This document shows, piece by piece, positions 20,303 through 30,490 of a stretch of 64,000 nucleotides of DNA (positions within the stretch are counted from its first letter, which is position 1; each line of letters starts with the position of its first letter). The stretch lies in assembly GCA_030593065.1 (NCBI GenBank), contig JAUVHV010000002.1, positions 104,098 to 168,097 of the forward strand. The letters run 5' to 3'. The notes beneath the pieces are model-generated. The model had not been told where the DNA came from. It ran no database searches and saw only the letters and a list, made by a program, of their open reading frames with translations. Position numbers and translations under genes: made by a program. Source of the stretch: Candidatus Omnitrophota bacterium. GTDB taxonomy: Bacteria > Omnitrophota > Gorgyraeia > JABMRG01.

Positions 20303-20383
20303 CTGTAACTCCTTTCTTATATATTAATTATTATACCATAAGTAGGCGGTTCTTTGCAGCAAAAAATGGCTGTATTTGGAATT

Positions 20384-21385
20384 TTACAAATTCAGATTGG
20401 CCTGAGCTGTAAATGAATAATCACCAAATTTTTCTCTCTTATACATGTAACAGCCTAAACCTGCTATCATCGCAGCATTATCCAGAGACATACCCTTAGG
20501 AGGGAAGAGAATATCAATACCCAAATCACTACTTAAATCCTCAAGCCTTTTTCTTAAACTCCTATTTGCGCTTACCCCTCCGCCTATTAATAAGCTTTTT
20601 GCTCCTCTATTTTGGCAGCAGGCTCTTGTCTTGTTAAGTAGCATATCAAAAACAGCTTTTTGAAAACTCGCGCATATATCTGCGACCGGTAACCTCTGCC
20701 CCTTTCTCTTAAGGCTCTCTACAAAATATAATACAGCTGTCTTTATACCGCTAAAACTGAAATCAAGCGTATCCTTGCTAAGATATGAACGTGGAAACTC
20801 TATTTTTTCGCAATTGCCTCCTTTAGCCTGCTTCTCTATAATAGGCCCGCCTGGAAATCCCAGGCCCAATATCTTTGCTACTTTATCAAATGCTTCACCG
20901 CATGCGTCATCTCTGGTCTGCCCAAGAAGTTTCAGGTTTCCAATATCTTTGATATCGACCAGGCTAGTATGCCCACCTGAAACAATAAGGCCAATGGATG
21001 GAAATTTTACTTCTCTTTCATTAATCGTAGCTGCGTAAAGATGCCCGTGGAGATGGTTTAATGGTATGATAGGTATCTTAAGGCTATAAGAGAGTGCCTT
21101 TGCTAATGATATACCAACAAGCAGCGCGCCTATTAAACCAGGGCCTTGGGTTACGCTTATAGCGTCTATATCGTTTAAGCTGGTTTTTGCTCTCTTTAAT
21201 GCTTTATCCAGAACAAAATTTATAAGTTCTGTGTGATGGCGGCATGCTATCTCAGGGACTATACCCCCATATCTCTTGTGAAGATGGAGGCTTGATACAA
21301 CAATATTTGAAAGTATCTGCCTTTCACCTGAAGCTATTGCAATTGATGTCTCATCACAGGATGTCTCAATGCCAAGCACAAGCAT
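20384..21385 (-). CDS. tsaD: tRNA N6-adenosine threonylcarbamoyltransferase
   Basis: 333 aa; MLVLGIETSCDETSIAI N-terminus; Kae1/TsaD family. Confidence 0.92.
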   Translation of the reverse strand: MLVLGIETSCDETSIAIASGERQILSNIVVSSLHLHKRYGGIVPEIACRHHTELINFVLDKALKRAKTSLNDIDAISVTQGPGLIGALLVGISLAKALSYSLKIPIIPLNHLHGHLYAATINEREVKFPSIGLIVSGGHTSLVDIKDIGNLKLLGQTRDDACGEAFDKVAKILGLGFPGGPIIEKQAKGGNCEKIEFPRSYLSKDTLDFSFSGIKTAVLYFVESLKRKGQRLPVADICASFQKAVFDMLLNKTRACCQNRGAKSLLIGGGVSANRSLRKRLEDLSSDLGIDILFPPKGMSLDNAAMIAGLGCYMYKREKFGDYSFTAQANLNL

Positions 21386-21394
21386 ACGCTCTCC

Positions 21395-22162
21395 TTATAT
21401 CCTGACTAATTCCGAAATCAATACAAATTCAATATTACTACCTTCAAGCTGCCGGGCCTTCTCTTTGATGGTTTCGAGTGTAAGGCTCTTGTCATGCCCG
21501 ATACCTATGGCTGATCCCTTTTCCAGAGCTGAGGCTATAAGTTGGTCAAATTGGGTAGATATATATTCCTTGTCCGCGACATTATCAAGAAATACATCTC
21601 TTTTGGCAAAAGCTATGCCATATTTCTCTGCTACTTGTTCACAGATAGTACCTGAAACTGCCACAGCATCTAAAAAAAACATACCCCTTGACCTTAACTC
21701 TTTCATAACAGCGCCAATAACCTCTCTGTTCTGTGTTACCCTGGAACCCATATGGTTGGAGATACCTTTTGCGAAAGGTACTGTTATAAGCGCCTCTTCA
21801 ATCAGGCTTGATATTTTAGCGCTATCCATTGAGACCAGTATAGTATCCTTCTCAAGGCGCAGAGAATCATTCTCAGGTTCCATGGGCATATGAAGTATCA
21901 ATTCCCTATTAACATATTGATGTTCAATAGATGCGATTTCTTCTGAAAAAGAAAGATTAGGCAATATAGCGAGGGTTAGTGGTATCTCAATCGAACCGAG
22001 TAGGTTTATATTATTTAAATTATAACCCCAATCATCAATTACTATAGCTACCTTTACTGAACTCTTCTTATCAGAAACATCCCTTCGGCAAAATAATACT
22101 GATACAATAGTTATAAATACAAAAGCTATAATATATAAAGGTATCAGGCCTCTTTTATACAT
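21395..22162 (-). CDS. Divergent polysaccharide deacetylase family protein (YibQ-like)
   Basis: 255 aa; N-terminal TM; VAIVIDDWGYN motif. Confidence 0.7.
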   Translation of the reverse strand: MYKRGLIPLYIIAFVFITIVSVLFCRRDVSDKKSSVKVAIVIDDWGYNLNNINLLGSIEIPLTLAILPNLSFSEEIASIEHQYVNRELILHMPMEPENDSLRLEKDTILVSMDSAKISSLIEEALITVPFAKGISNHMGSRVTQNREVIGAVMKELRSRGMFFLDAVAVSGTICEQVAEKYGIAFAKRDVFLDNVADKEYISTQFDQLIASALEKGSAIGIGHDKSLTLETIKEKARQLEGSNIEFVLISELVRI

Positions 22163-23421
22163 CAGGATTCCATTAAGGACACGTATCTTGTCTTGTCTTC
22201 AAGCAAACTGATAGCCTCTTTTACCTGATTATCATTAGCCAAAGCTTCTTTTTTCGAAATCTTTTTCATTTTTTTAGTATCCCCGTTCTCTACTGGTTCC
22301 GGAGCCTTTGCTTCTACAATAATATCAGGGCTTATACCCTTCTCATGTATAATAGCTCCTGACGGAGTATAATAGTAACTTGTTGTCAATCGTATCGCAG
22401 AACCGTCTTTCATGGGCATAACAGTCTGTATGGAACCTTTTCCAAAACTTTTTTCACCTACAATGAGGGCCCTCTTGTTATCTCTTAACGCGGCTACGAC
22501 TATCTCTGAGGCGCTGGCAGAACCTTTATTAATCAGCGCTACAATCGGGAAATCTGTATACGGCTTTAAAGAATTTGACCTGAAAACAACATCCTGATGT
22601 TTGCCCCTTCCTTTGATAGATACTATAATCTTCGGTTTTTTCAAAAACACTTTTGACACCATAACAGACGCATCCAAAAGCCCCCCAGGATTATTTCTCA
22701 AATCGATTATTAACGCTTTCATATTTTTTTTAATAAGGCGTTTGAGGGCCTTATTAAAATCTGAGCCTGTACGTCGCTGAAAATCCGATATCTTTATATA
22801 CCCTATGCTCTCATTGACCATCAAGGCGTCTTTTATCGATTTTATCCTTATGATAGCACGTCTTATAGTAAATTCCCGCAGCCTGCTCTCCTGCTCTCTT
22901 ATAATAGTAAGTTTTACTCGCGTTCCGGGTATTCCGCGCAAAACCTTTACCGCATCATCCAGAGTAAAATCCTTTGTAGGCTTATTATCTATCTTTAAAA
23001 TTCTATCACCAGAGATTATTCCCGCTTTATGTGCGGGTGTTCCTTCAAGGGGGCTAATCACGGTAAGTACATTATCCCTTAGTGTTACTTTTATTCCAAG
23101 GCCGCCAAATTCGCCAAGAGTATCGGTCTTAAGATCTATATATTCTTTCGGAGTTAAAAAAGAGCTGTGAGAATCGAGAGAAGAGATCATACCGTCTAAC
23201 GCGCCGTATATCATCTCCTTCGCGGTTACCTCTTTTACGTAATTAGCGTCTACCAATGTAATCGCGTCGGCAAAAAGCCCAAGCTCATAAAAAATATCTT
23301 CTTTGGTAATAAAGGATTTAGATAATTCATCACCTGCCTTATCCCTTGCTGCAAAGACTACCGGCAGACTGAGAGCAATAAGGATTAGAAATGTTACGCA
23401 TAAAAAAACAGTCTTTCTCAT
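22162..23421 (-). CDS. ctpA: S41 family C-terminal processing peptidase
   Basis: 419 aa; signal peptide, PDZ, and catalytic region with LRNNPGGLL and GSASASEI. Confidence 0.88.
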   Translation of the reverse strand: MRKTVFLCVTFLILIALSLPVVFAARDKAGDELSKSFITKEDIFYELGLFADAITLVDANYVKEVTAKEMIYGALDGMISSLDSHSSFLTPKEYIDLKTDTLGEFGGLGIKVTLRDNVLTVISPLEGTPAHKAGIISGDRILKIDNKPTKDFTLDDAVKVLRGIPGTRVKLTIIREQESRLREFTIRRAIIRIKSIKDALMVNESIGYIKISDFQRRTGSDFNKALKRLIKKNMKALIIDLRNNPGGLLDASVMVSKVFLKKPKIIVSIKGRGKHQDVVFRSNSLKPYTDFPIVALINKGSASASEIVVAALRDNKRALIVGEKSFGKGSIQTVMPMKDGSAIRLTTSYYYTPSGAIIHEKGISPDIIVEAKAPEPVENGDTKKMKKISKKEALANDNQVKEAISLLEDKTRYVSLMES

Positions 23422-24860
23422 GGCCTTTTCTTTCCAAGCCCCTTTTTAATGGCAGAATTTGCAAGCTGCGGGTCTGCTCTTCCCTTACTCTTTTTCATTA
23501 GCTGGCCCACAAGAAACCCGAGCGCATTAGTCTTGCCTGAAAGGTAATCATCCGCCACTTTAGGATTTTCATTTATAATATCATCCGCAAGTTTTTCAAT
23601 AACACTTTTATCGCTTATCTGGAGGAGGCCTTTCTTTTTTACGATATCATCGGCTGAATCCCCGGTTGCAAGCATCTCATGGAGCACTTCTTTTGCCATC
23701 TTGCCGCTTATTGTTTTATTATCCATCAGTTCAAACATACTTATAAGGCGCTGGGGAGTTGTTTTTACACTGTTAAATTCAATATTATTCGCATTCAGAT
23801 ATTTCAGTATATCACCTGTAAGCCAATTGACTATCATCTTGGGCTTAGGGTATAGCTTGATACAACATTCAAAAAAGCAAGCCATAACTTTGTCCGATAC
23901 CAGCACAGAAGCATCGTATTTAGAAAGGCCGCAGTCTCTAATAAACCTTTCCTTTTTCTGTTCAGGCATCTCCGGCAACTCTGAGGAGATCTCTTCTATC
24001 AGGGTTGCGTCAATACTAACAGTCGGGAGATCAGGATCAGGAAAGTACCTATAATCATGCGCTTCTTCTTTTGTGCGCATAGGCTCTGAAACCTGTTTCT
24101 CCTCATTCCAAAGCCTTGTCTGTTGCGCTATCGGCTCATCGGCTGATAGCGCTTTTGCCTGCCTCTTCTCTTCATATATAAGAGCGTCTCTTACGCCTTT
24201 AAAGCTGTTCATATTTTTCAACTCTACCTTGACACCAAGCTCTTTCTGGGATTTAGGCCTTATTGATATATTCGCGTCACAACGCAAAGAACCTTCTTCC
24301 ATATTACAATCTGAAACATCAAGATATTCAATAATAGATTTAATAGCAATTAAATATCGGTACGCCTCCTCCGGAGAAGATATATCCGGCTCACTGACTA
24401 TCTCTAAAAGAGGTGTTCCCGTGCGATTAAAATCCACATAACTGGATAATGCCCTCTTGTTGTGTACAAGCTTTCCGGCATCCTCTTCCATGTGGACGCG
24501 TGTTATGGCTATTCTTTTAGGCTTATTATCACTTATTATATCGACATAACCGCCTAAAGAGAGGGGCATATCATACTGTGATATCTGATAATTCTTAGGT
24601 AGATCCGGATAGAAATAGTTTTTTCTATCAAACTTCATCATGCCTGATACATTAGAACTTAATGCCAGGGCTACCTTTATAGCATACCTTAGATATTGGC
24701 TATTTAACACGGGTAAAGAACCTGGAAAACCAAGGCATACAGGACAGACAAATGTATTGGGCTCTCCGCCAAAACAATTAGAACAACCACAAAAAGCCTT
24801 GGTTTTAGTTAAAAGCCGAAGATGTATCTCCAACCCTATTGTTGTAAGATAATGGCTCAT
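23418..24860 (-). CDS. gatB: Asp-tRNA(Asn)/Glu-tRNA(Gln) amidotransferase subunit B
   Basis: 480 aa; GatB N-terminal and GatB/YqeY C-terminal domain; 4-bp overlaps with both neighbours. Confidence 0.93.
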   Translation of the reverse strand: MSHYLTTIGLEIHLRLLTKTKAFCGCSNCFGGEPNTFVCPVCLGFPGSLPVLNSQYLRYAIKVALALSSNVSGMMKFDRKNYFYPDLPKNYQISQYDMPLSLGGYVDIISDNKPKRIAITRVHMEEDAGKLVHNKRALSSYVDFNRTGTPLLEIVSEPDISSPEEAYRYLIAIKSIIEYLDVSDCNMEEGSLRCDANISIRPKSQKELGVKVELKNMNSFKGVRDALIYEEKRQAKALSADEPIAQQTRLWNEEKQVSEPMRTKEEAHDYRYFPDPDLPTVSIDATLIEEISSELPEMPEQKKERFIRDCGLSKYDASVLVSDKVMACFFECCIKLYPKPKMIVNWLTGDILKYLNANNIEFNSVKTTPQRLISMFELMDNKTISGKMAKEVLHEMLATGDSADDIVKKKGLLQISDKSVIEKLADDIINENPKVADDYLSGKTNALGFLVGQLMKKSKGRADPQLANSAIKKGLGKKRP

Positions 24861-26338
24861 AATTTAGGCCTTACCTTCTGCCATCCCGCGTTCTGTTCAT
24901 AAGTATACGCGGCTCGTATAAGTGCCTCTTCGTCAAAATGCTTTGCCATAAATTGCAGCCCTATGGGTAAACCATTAGAATCATACCCGCATGGCAAAGA
25001 TAGGGCCGGAATACCCGCAAGGTTTGCGGGTATTGTAAAAATATCCGAAAGATACATCGAAAGAGGGTCTTTAGTCTTCAGCCCCTTAGGCCAAGCTGTC
25101 TCCGGAGAGGTTGGAGTCAATATAATATCACACCTGCTAAAAGCATCTTCGAAATCCTGTTTTATAAGATTCCTTACTTTTTGAGCCTTCAGATAATACG
25201 CGTCGTAATATCCGCTGCTCAATGTATAGGTACCAAGGATTATCCTTCTCTTTGCCTCGGCGCCAAAACCTTCCCCCCTGGTCTTCTTATACATATCGAG
25301 TAAAGAACCCGGCTGTTTTTGCCTATAACCGTATTCAACGCCGTCAAAACGCGCCAGGTTTGATGAAGCCTCAGAGCAGCCCACAATGTAATATACACTT
25401 ACCGCGTATTTTGTATGGGGCAGAGAGATATCTACAAATTGAGCGCCAAGATCTTTCAACATGTCTACCGCTTCTCTGATTTTAATTCCGGTTTCATTGA
25501 CCGGCGCTGCCTCATCAATAATCGGGCCTGTTATGCTGCCAGGATTATACTCCTTAGGGATCCCTATCCTGAGGCCTTTGATATTAGCTATAAGTGATCC
25601 TGTGTAATCCGGAACAGGCATATCTGCTGATGTTGAATCCATAGGATCATAACCTGAGATAATATTAAGCAGGCCTGCGCAATCAGTAACATCCTTTGCT
25701 ACAGGGCCTATCTGATCCAGGCTTGAACCAAAAGCTATTAAACCATATCTTGAAACCCTGCCGTATGTGGGCTTAATTCCTACAACACCGCAAAGTGACG
25801 CCGGCTGCCTTATTGATCCGCCTGTATCTGAACCAAGGGCAAGTACTGTCTCATCAGCGGCTACAAGAGCTGCTGAACCACCGCTTGAACCTCCTGGTAT
25901 TTTTTCAAGGTCATAAGGATTATTTGTAGGCGCGTAACATGAGGTTTCGCATGAAGAGCCAAACGCGAATTCATCCATATTTGACTTTCCAAGTAAAAGC
26001 GCTCCTGCCTGCTTCAGCTTTGTCACTACCGTAGCATCGTAAGGGGGTTTAAAACCGGCGAGTATCTTTGATGAACACGTTGTAAGCTCATCCTTAACGC
26101 ATATATTATCTTTTATTACAACAGGTATTTTTGAGAGGTTTCCCGCGCAGCCTTTCTTATCCAGCTCTTTCGCGCGTTCTGACAATAGCGTCTTATCAAA
26201 ATGAGCAAACCCTTTTACTTTATCTTCAACTTTATCATAGCGATCTGCTACAGAAGAGGCTATATCAGATGCTGCTAAATTATCCTGCGCTATCTTCTTC
26301 TTCAGTTGCGATGCGGTATATTTAACAAATTCTTCCAT
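24857..26338 (-). CDS. gatA: Glu-tRNA(Gln) amidotransferase subunit A
   Basis: 493 aa; amidase signature (GGSSGGSAALVAA). Confidence 0.93.
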   Translation of the reverse strand: MEEFVKYTASQLKKKIAQDNLAASDIASSVADRYDKVEDKVKGFAHFDKTLLSERAKELDKKGCAGNLSKIPVVIKDNICVKDELTTCSSKILAGFKPPYDATVVTKLKQAGALLLGKSNMDEFAFGSSCETSCYAPTNNPYDLEKIPGGSSGGSAALVAADETVLALGSDTGGSIRQPASLCGVVGIKPTYGRVSRYGLIAFGSSLDQIGPVAKDVTDCAGLLNIISGYDPMDSTSADMPVPDYTGSLIANIKGLRIGIPKEYNPGSITGPIIDEAAPVNETGIKIREAVDMLKDLGAQFVDISLPHTKYAVSVYYIVGCSEASSNLARFDGVEYGYRQKQPGSLLDMYKKTRGEGFGAEAKRRIILGTYTLSSGYYDAYYLKAQKVRNLIKQDFEDAFSRCDIILTPTSPETAWPKGLKTKDPLSMYLSDIFTIPANLAGIPALSLPCGYDSNGLPIGLQFMAKHFDEEALIRAAYTYEQNAGWQKVRPKL

Positions 26339-26341
26339 TAA

Positions 26342-26629
26342 TTACTCTATAATTTTAGGAACCCTGAAAAAACCTTCTTCTTTTTCAGGTGCGTTTTTGA
26401 GAGCATCATCATTTGAAAGCGGGCTCTTTACCATATCTTCGCGCAGTATATTACCAGTAGATCCAGCCCGGCTCATAGGTTCAATATTCTCAGTATCAAG
26501 CTTGTTAAGTTGCTCCATATAAGCAAGGATATGGTTTAATTGTTCGGCAAAGAGCTCTTCCTCTTGCCGGGTTAAACTTATCCTTGCCAGGCCTGCTGCA
26601 TATCTTATCGCGTCTTTCTTAATCGTCAT
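26342..26629 (-). CDS. gatC: Glu-tRNA(Gln) amidotransferase subunit C
   Basis: 95 aa; immediately upstream of gatA; GatC-like sequence. Confidence 0.85.
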   Translation of the reverse strand: MTIKKDAIRYAAGLARISLTRQEEELFAEQLNHILAYMEQLNKLDTENIEPMSRAGSTGNILREDMVKSPLSNDDALKNAPEKEEGFFRVPKIIE

Positions 26630-26692
26630 ATATATTTATTCCCAAGATTTTCAAGAACTGTTCTATATTATTACATAGATTAACATAAAGTA

Positions 26693-27535
26693 TTATTTAT
26701 GTAAAGAGCTAAGAGCCTCAGATAAGCAGGCAAATTTCTCCAAATTCAGATCTTCTGCTCTAATATTGCTATCTAAGCCAGAGATCTCAAACGCTTTTTC
26801 CAAAAGGCGCCTATCGATAGATATAATACCACCTTTGCAGAGCGCGTTAAAGAAAGTTTTTCGGCGCCGGTTAAAACCTGCTTTCATGATCATGAAAAAG
26901 AGTCTCTCATCCCTGACATTTACCGGGGGTTTTTTTCTTATCATAAGAGATAGAAATATTGAATCTACTGAAGGTACAGGAAAAAAACACCCTTTAGGAA
27001 TAGCGCAAAGTTTTAAAGGTTGGCAGTAATACTGAACATTCAAACTTAAAAGGCCATAATTCCTGTTACCGGGAGCGCTTAATATGCGTTGGGCAACATC
27101 CTTTTGAACTGTAATAAAAATCGAACTTATATTATCTCTATTTTTAAGCAGATGAAATATAATCGGTGAGGTTATATAGTAAGGCAGGTTTCCAATCACT
27201 TTAATTTTGCTTGATAAAGCAGGCAGGGGGTATTTCAGAATATCCATGTTTAAGATCTCAAGCCCCTTACTTTCCTTGTAAAAACTCTTGAGGATATTTA
27301 CAAGGCCTCTATCCTTTTCTATAGCAATTAATCTTGAGCATCCGGGTAAAATGGATTCTGTAAGAGCGCCGAGGCCAGGGCCTATCTCAAGCACCAAATC
27401 AGTACTTCTCATACCGCACAGGCTGATCATTCTGTCTCTTTTACCTTTATCAATAAGAAAATTCTGGCCAAACCTCTTGTTGATACACAGGTTATTTTTG
27501 CTTATTAACTCTTTTATCTGATGGGGATTATACAT
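26693..27535 (-). CDS. rsmA: 16S rRNA (adenine1518/1519-N6)-dimethyltransferase
   Basis: 280 aa; RFGQNFLID motif and EIGPGLGALT SAM site. Confidence 0.9.
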   Translation of the reverse strand: MYNPHQIKELISKNNLCINKRFGQNFLIDKGKRDRMISLCGMRSTDLVLEIGPGLGALTESILPGCSRLIAIEKDRGLVNILKSFYKESKGLEILNMDILKYPLPALSSKIKVIGNLPYYITSPIIFHLLKNRDNISSIFITVQKDVAQRILSAPGNRNYGLLSLNVQYYCQPLKLCAIPKGCFFPVPSVDSIFLSLMIRKKPPVNVRDERLFFMIMKAGFNRRRKTFFNALCKGGIISIDRRLLEKAFEISGLDSNIRAEDLNLEKFACLSEALSSLHK

Positions 27536-28544
27536 TTTTGGGAATAGATAACTTAACAGCTTCTCTTATGGCCTGTTTCATGCTTCCGGAATCAGCTTTT
27601 CCATATCCTGCTATATTAAGCGCTGTCCCATGGCCGGGAGATGTGCGTATAAAAGGCAAACCCAGAGTAATGTTCACGCATTGGTTACGGCCTATCATCT
27701 TGAGCGCGACCAGGCCCTGGTCATGATACATACAGAGTACAGCATCATAATCGCCCTTTAACAGGCCATAGAAAAGTCCGTCCGCAGATAAGGGGCCGTT
27801 AATATTCAGGCCTTTTGCTTTTGCAAGCTTAATAGCGGGGATTATAATTCTCTTCTCTTCATCACCGATCAATCCACTCTCACCTGCATGAGGATTTAAA
27901 CCGCACACCGCTATCTTGGCCCTCTTCACTCTATTGTAATACCTAAGATGGTAATCCGCCAGCAAGAGCTTATCTACTATCTCTTTGGATTGTAATCTGC
28001 GTGATACATCTTTTATGGGAATATGTGTTGTAGCCAGAATAACCTTAAGCGGGCCTGCCGTAAGCATCATAGCATACTTTTTAGTCTTTGTAAGATAGGC
28101 CAGGTATTCTGTATGGCCGGGATATTTAAAACCTGAAAGCTCCGCTGCATGCTTATGAATAGGCCCTGTAATAAGCAACCCTGCTTTTTTTGCCTGAATC
28201 AATGAAACCGCTTTATCAATATAAGATATAGACGCCCTGCCGTAATCCGGCGATACTTTTCCAAAAGAAAAACTATTGCCGGATATATTTGAGAGAGCAT
28301 AAAAGAGTATATTGCTTACTGAAAAATCTATATCACTATCACGCTCTATTACATGATAATTTAATCTCTTTTGGGTTCGCTTTAAGGCTTTCTTAAATAC
28401 AGGCTCATCTCCTATGATTAAAAAATTGGCAAGCCTTTTTATGCCCGGGCTTGCCAATGACTCTGATATAATCTCAGGCCCTATACCAGCTGGATAACCC
28501 ATGGTTATACAGGCTAAAGGCCTATTTGATTCTAATATATGCAT
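27528..28544 (-). CDS. pdxA: 4-hydroxythreonine-4-phosphate dehydrogenase
   Basis: 338 aa; PdxA family (GYPAGIGPEII; HTEYLA). surA-pdxA-rsmA synteny. Confidence 0.85.
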   Translation of the reverse strand: MHILESNRPLACITMGYPAGIGPEIISESLASPGIKRLANFLIIGDEPVFKKALKRTQKRLNYHVIERDSDIDFSVSNILFYALSNISGNSFSFGKVSPDYGRASISYIDKAVSLIQAKKAGLLITGPIHKHAAELSGFKYPGHTEYLAYLTKTKKYAMMLTAGPLKVILATTHIPIKDVSRRLQSKEIVDKLLLADYHLRYYNRVKRAKIAVCGLNPHAGESGLIGDEEKRIIIPAIKLAKAKGLNINGPLSADGLFYGLLKGDYDAVLCMYHDQGLVALKMIGRNQCVNITLGLPFIRTSPGHGTALNIAGYGKADSGSMKQAIREAVKLSIPKNV

Positions 28545-29502
28545 CCTTTTTCAACTTACCTATAAATTCTCTCAATGTTAATTCAGACTCTCTCTGGTAT
28601 AATCTTTCCCTTATCATATCTTTTACTTCAGAAAGCGGGACAGTTCCCGCTTCTTTCTTGTCAATAACCTTTATTATATAAAATCCCGTGTCTGTCTTTA
28701 TGATACCGGATGTATCACCTGCATCAAGCAACTCAATCTGGTCATCCAGCTCCTTTATAATACCGCCTGCCGGCACATAGCCCATATCCCCACCCTTATC
28801 AATATTAGGCCCCTGTGAAAATTGTTTAACAAGCATATCAAAATTCTGGCCATCATTTATCCTGCCTAAGATTTGCAATACAATCTTTTGGGTTTTAGCC
28901 ATGCTGCTATCAGGTAAAGGTTTGACCAAAAGCACCTTAAACCTCGCCATCTTTGGCACTGAAAAATCCTTGATGTTCCCGTTATAATACGCCGCGATCT
29001 CGGTTGGGCTGATATTTACATTTGTGTTGATCAGGCCCCTGACCAGGTTCCGCATCATAATCTGCTCTTTATACTTCTCCTTAAGCCTTGCCATGGTTAT
29101 GCCAGAATCCTTTATTGCCAGATAAAATTCTTCTTCGCTATTGAATCTTTTTTTTACATGTTCAAGGCGCTCTTTAATCTCGGAATCGCCCGCTGCTATT
29201 TTCCTCTTTTTAGCTTCTTGCAGAATAAGCCTTTCTTCTATTAAACGGTTAAGAGCATCCTGCCTTACCTCACCCATCTTACCTTCCAGCTCCCCTTCCT
29301 CATACCGCAGCTTATAATCCGCGATAAATGGGAGCATGGATTCCTGAAGCTCGCTCTGAGTTATAACATCTTCATCAACAACAGCTACAATCCTGTCGAT
29401 AACTTGAGCAGCAGTAACTACAGCTGCCCGCATACAGATAACCATGCATAATGGAAGCCCTAAACAAGCTATAACCCTTAAAACCATTTTCCTATTTATC
29501 AT
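28522..29502 (-). CDS. surA: SurA-like periplasmic chaperone / peptidyl-prolyl isomerase
   Basis: 326 aa; signal peptide, SurA N-domain-like helical region, and a parvulin domain (GGDMGYV...GFYIIKV). Confidence 0.75.
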   Translation of the reverse strand: MINRKMVLRVIACLGLPLCMVICMRAAVVTAAQVIDRIVAVVDEDVITQSELQESMLPFIADYKLRYEEGELEGKMGEVRQDALNRLIEERLILQEAKKRKIAAGDSEIKERLEHVKKRFNSEEEFYLAIKDSGITMARLKEKYKEQIMMRNLVRGLINTNVNISPTEIAAYYNGNIKDFSVPKMARFKVLLVKPLPDSSMAKTQKIVLQILGRINDGQNFDMLVKQFSQGPNIDKGGDMGYVPAGGIIKELDDQIELLDAGDTSGIIKTDTGFYIIKVIDKKEAGTVPLSEVKDMIRERLYQRESELTLREFIGKLKKDAYIRIK

Positions 29503-30374
29503 TCATTGCCTTTTTGAACGGGTTGCCCTATCACATCCTCTTTCCTTTCAAGAGAAGATAGAAGTTTATCATTTATTGATATCTTTGCCTTCTCTTTAAG
29601 CTTATCTGTAAACTCATCAAATCTTTGCCGTTGCCGATCTCTGATTATAGATGTCCTTACAGTATCCTTCACCTCATCAAAACTCTGGTATACTGCTGGT
29701 TTACGCTCTGTAAGCTTGATTATATGATATCCAAATCTTGTCTTTATAATACCGCTCGTCTGGCCTACATTAAGGCTAAACGCGGCTTTTTCAAACTCAG
29801 GTATCATCTGATCTCTACCAAAATAACCGAGGTCTCCGCCCCTGTCTTTAGTAAGATCTTTAGAATATTGCTTTGCAACCGCAGCAAATCCCGCTCCTCT
29901 ATCTAATTCCCCTTTTGCCGCCTCCGCTTCCTCTTCGGTACTGGTCAGAATATGCGAAGCCCTAACCGTCTCCGGTACCATATATTTTTCCTTATTTTCC
30001 TCATAATATATCTTTACATCATCCTCAGAGACAGGTGTACTCTTTTTTGCTTCTTCTTCAATAACCCTTGAAATAAGTATCTTTTTTGTAGCATCATTTA
30101 TAAGTTCTTTTATATCAGGGTCAAGATTCAATTTCCGCTTTCTTGCTTCATCATACAACAACTTTTCCACTATCATCTCGTTTACTATCTCTTTTTTATG
30201 CTGTACAGCAAACGTCTGATAATATTTTGGGAGCTTCTCTATCTTGGCTTCTATCATGGATAAGGTAATAGGCACTCCATTTACAGTAGCGACTACATCC
30301 CCCGTCTCTTTTTTCGCGCAGCCGGATACTACACTGATAGATAATATCATAAAAATCAAAACCCATCTCTTCAT
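29499..30374 (-). CDS. Peptidyl-prolyl cis-trans isomerase (parvulin/PpiC-type, PrsA-like lipoprotein)
   Basis: 291 aa; lipoprotein-like signal (VVSGC); parvulin motif (SHILT...GGDLGYFGRDQM...GYHIIKL). Confidence 0.78.
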   Translation of the reverse strand: MKRWVLIFMILSISVVSGCAKKETGDVVATVNGVPITLSMIEAKIEKLPKYYQTFAVQHKKEIVNEMIVEKLLYDEARKRKLNLDPDIKELINDATKKILISRVIEEEAKKSTPVSEDDVKIYYEENKEKYMVPETVRASHILTSTEEEAEAAKGELDRGAGFAAVAKQYSKDLTKDRGGDLGYFGRDQMIPEFEKAAFSLNVGQTSGIIKTRFGYHIIKLTERKPAVYQSFDEVKDTVRTSIIRDRQRQRFDEFTDKLKEKAKISINDKLLSSLERKEDVIGQPVQKGNE

Positions 30375-30490
30375 GCATACCTCCTTTTAATATTACATTG
30401 TATATAAGTTTAAGTATTATATCATATAGCTACCACCTGCTCAAGCAAAATCGAGATTAATCCGCATTAACTCATAATTAAAGGTTACTA

